This document shows positions 62,151 through 64,000 of a stretch of DNA of 64,000 bases, in pieces. The stretch spans positions 7,256,001-7,320,000 of the forward strand of contig CM119371.1 of NCBI GenBank assembly GCA_051294905.1, read 5' to 3'. Both the position numbers and the translations under genes were made by a program. The notes below the pieces were generated by a model that saw nothing but the letters and a program-made list of their open reading frames with translations, had not been told where the DNA came from and ran no database searches. The stretch comes from Botryllus schlosseri (lineage: Eukaryota). Each line of letters begins with the position of its first letter. Position 1 is the first letter of the stretch.

Positions 62151-64000
62151 GAGTAGGCCAACACCGACAGATGGCATTGCTGCGTCACAATGCATGTAGC
62201 AAGTAGACCAACACCGACAGATGACATTGCTACGTCACAATACAAGTGTCGATTTCACCAGGTGCCGAGTTCACTGGCAACCAGCCCTACAAATGGGTAC
62301 AGTCTTTGAAAATACATGCATTTACGATGATGCAGGAGCTATTTAGTGCAATTTTTTACGACTCACAAATGTGTATCAGATGTATCACAAAACTAATTTA
62401 TACTTTCCAAAATCCAAAGTGAAAAAGTAGGTAGTTGTGGGCCTAAACAACATTTTAAGTAGTAGCGGAAGTAAAATGTCAAAATGTCACCATTAGGGCA
62501 TGTAGCGCAATTAAGCAAAACGTACTTAAGTACTGCGAATAGGAACAATCTTCAGCAACATATTCAGTTACGATATGTGGCTCTTTTACGGCCTTTCAAT
62601 TTCCCTCATAAGAATGATCCCAATTATCCAAAAGCTACTATCTACTTTCCAAAACTCAATGTGGGAAAAGTAGTTTGCACATAATCTGTTCAAGTAGTAG
62701 CCGTTACTAATGGTATAAAAAGATAGCCACTTCAGTACTCGCTCAAAGTAGTAGTAAATTGTTATAGACCCCCTCTGGCAATATGTAAAAAGTTGAGAAG
62801 ATTATATGGAGCCGCGTGGACTCTCTCTCTCACACACTGTAAAATCTTCATTTACTGTGTACCCTTTGTTATTCATGCCTGGCTGTCCCAAATCAGGGTA
62901 GGGCAACATGCGACCTGCAGACAGCTTCCGGTCGTATACGATAATGTCGCCGTCGTCTACCATCAACCGCGAGTCATCGTTTTCGACCATGATCATTATG
63001 GCCTAATAAGACAAAGCCTCGTTCCAATCAAACTTATGTTTACGGGCAGTCTCTACTTCCAACATGCAGCCAGATAGTTCAAAGAACTTTCTCGGCACAC
63101 AGAATTATTTTTACATCTACTGAATTACATTACGATACTGAATTCATTGACAACTGTTTTTGGTCTCTATACTTCACGCTTAAAATTTATATTATGCATG
63201 TTTTGTTCCTTGCATAGGTGGATAAAGACGTGTTTGACGTATCGATTCATCAATCCGTACCGGAGCCAAGTACTTCAGTTTTCCATTTCAGGCCCGCAGA
63301 ACGGAGAAGTTGCCCAGCCCACCCCAGTTCTAAATGTTCACAGCATAATAATCAGGTCGACAACTCGCTAGATTCCCAATTTCATGCTTTCAACACAGTT
63401 TATTTTTTACAAACAGTAGACAAATAAGAAACCCAATTATACGTGATTCATTCCACAGGAAATTACGAGAGTTTACTCTTACGCAATTGCAAGCAACAGA
63501 TAGAACGAAGACAAAGAGACATTGAATTTCAAGCTTAACCAGAACACAGTCGTGTCTTAAATTTAGTGTCGATATATTTTAAAACCTATAATGCCAAAGC
63601 CTCAGGTTCCGCAAACAACAACCCAATATTATTCAAACCATCGAGGCAAAGTGTCAAACCAGCTGTTTCAACTATAAGGGCGAAAGAATCAAAACTTCTG
63701 TACAATCATCTGTACATAGCAAGTATAAGAATGTGAAACCTGAACTGCAGTTTCCATAAGTCAAGAAAGACACAGTTTTTCGGCTTTGTGAATAGTGAGC
63801 GTTAACATGTATGCGTAAAGCAGTGGCTCTTGTCGTTTTCATAGACTTGGCCCAATTTCCATTATGCAAATATTCCATAACCCACCACACGGCCTCAGTT
63901 TCCTTTCAAGCGGCGGCAATACGGCAGGTTTATGCCTAGCAGTTCTTAAATAGCTGGTTCGTGGTACAGAACTTGAATATAGCTTTCAATACAACATCCA

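Larger units (their letters stand above)
59048..62282 (-). mobile_element. Mutator/MULE DNA transposon (FLYWCH type)
   Basis: TIRs GGTTGCCAGTGAACTCGG with internal subrepeats; 8-bp TSD agccctac (59040-59047, 62283-62290); single-copy empty site at ~26645. Confidence 0.92.
35085..63930 (+). repeat. Segmental duplication unit B
   Basis: Collinear with unit A, but with an entirely different set of TE insertions. Confidence 0.85.

Overview
AT-rich eukaryotic (metazoan, probably invertebrate) DNA dominated by nested transposable elements. The backbone is an old tandem segmental duplication (unit A ~2.4-28.4 kb, unit B ~35.1-63.9 kb). Each unit carries an intronless BTB-BACK-Kelch gene, and each copy has a single visible lesion: a TTG>TAG stop in A, and an intact BEL/Pao LTR retrotransposon with apparently identical LTRs in B. 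The paralogous unit supplies empty sites that confirm several insertion boundaries. Notable elements are: (1) a 9-kb TIR element with a 9-bp TSD that carries a Ulp1/SENP-type protease and a ~21 x 198-bp satellite but no visible transposase, nested in the LTR of a gag-only Gypsy element; (2) two foldback elements, one with G-rich TTAGGG-containing arms and inward-facing tRNA-like A/B boxes, the other with inverted ~141-147-bp arrays; (3) a FLYWCH-MULE transposase whose 5' exons and introns are a 122-bp tandem repeat; (4) ISL2EU-like, P/THAP9-like, CR1/L2 and hAT relics, plus 39-bp and 80-bp mini-elements. No CRISPR array, rRNA or intact tRNA was found. All comparisons were made by eye and no databases were searched.
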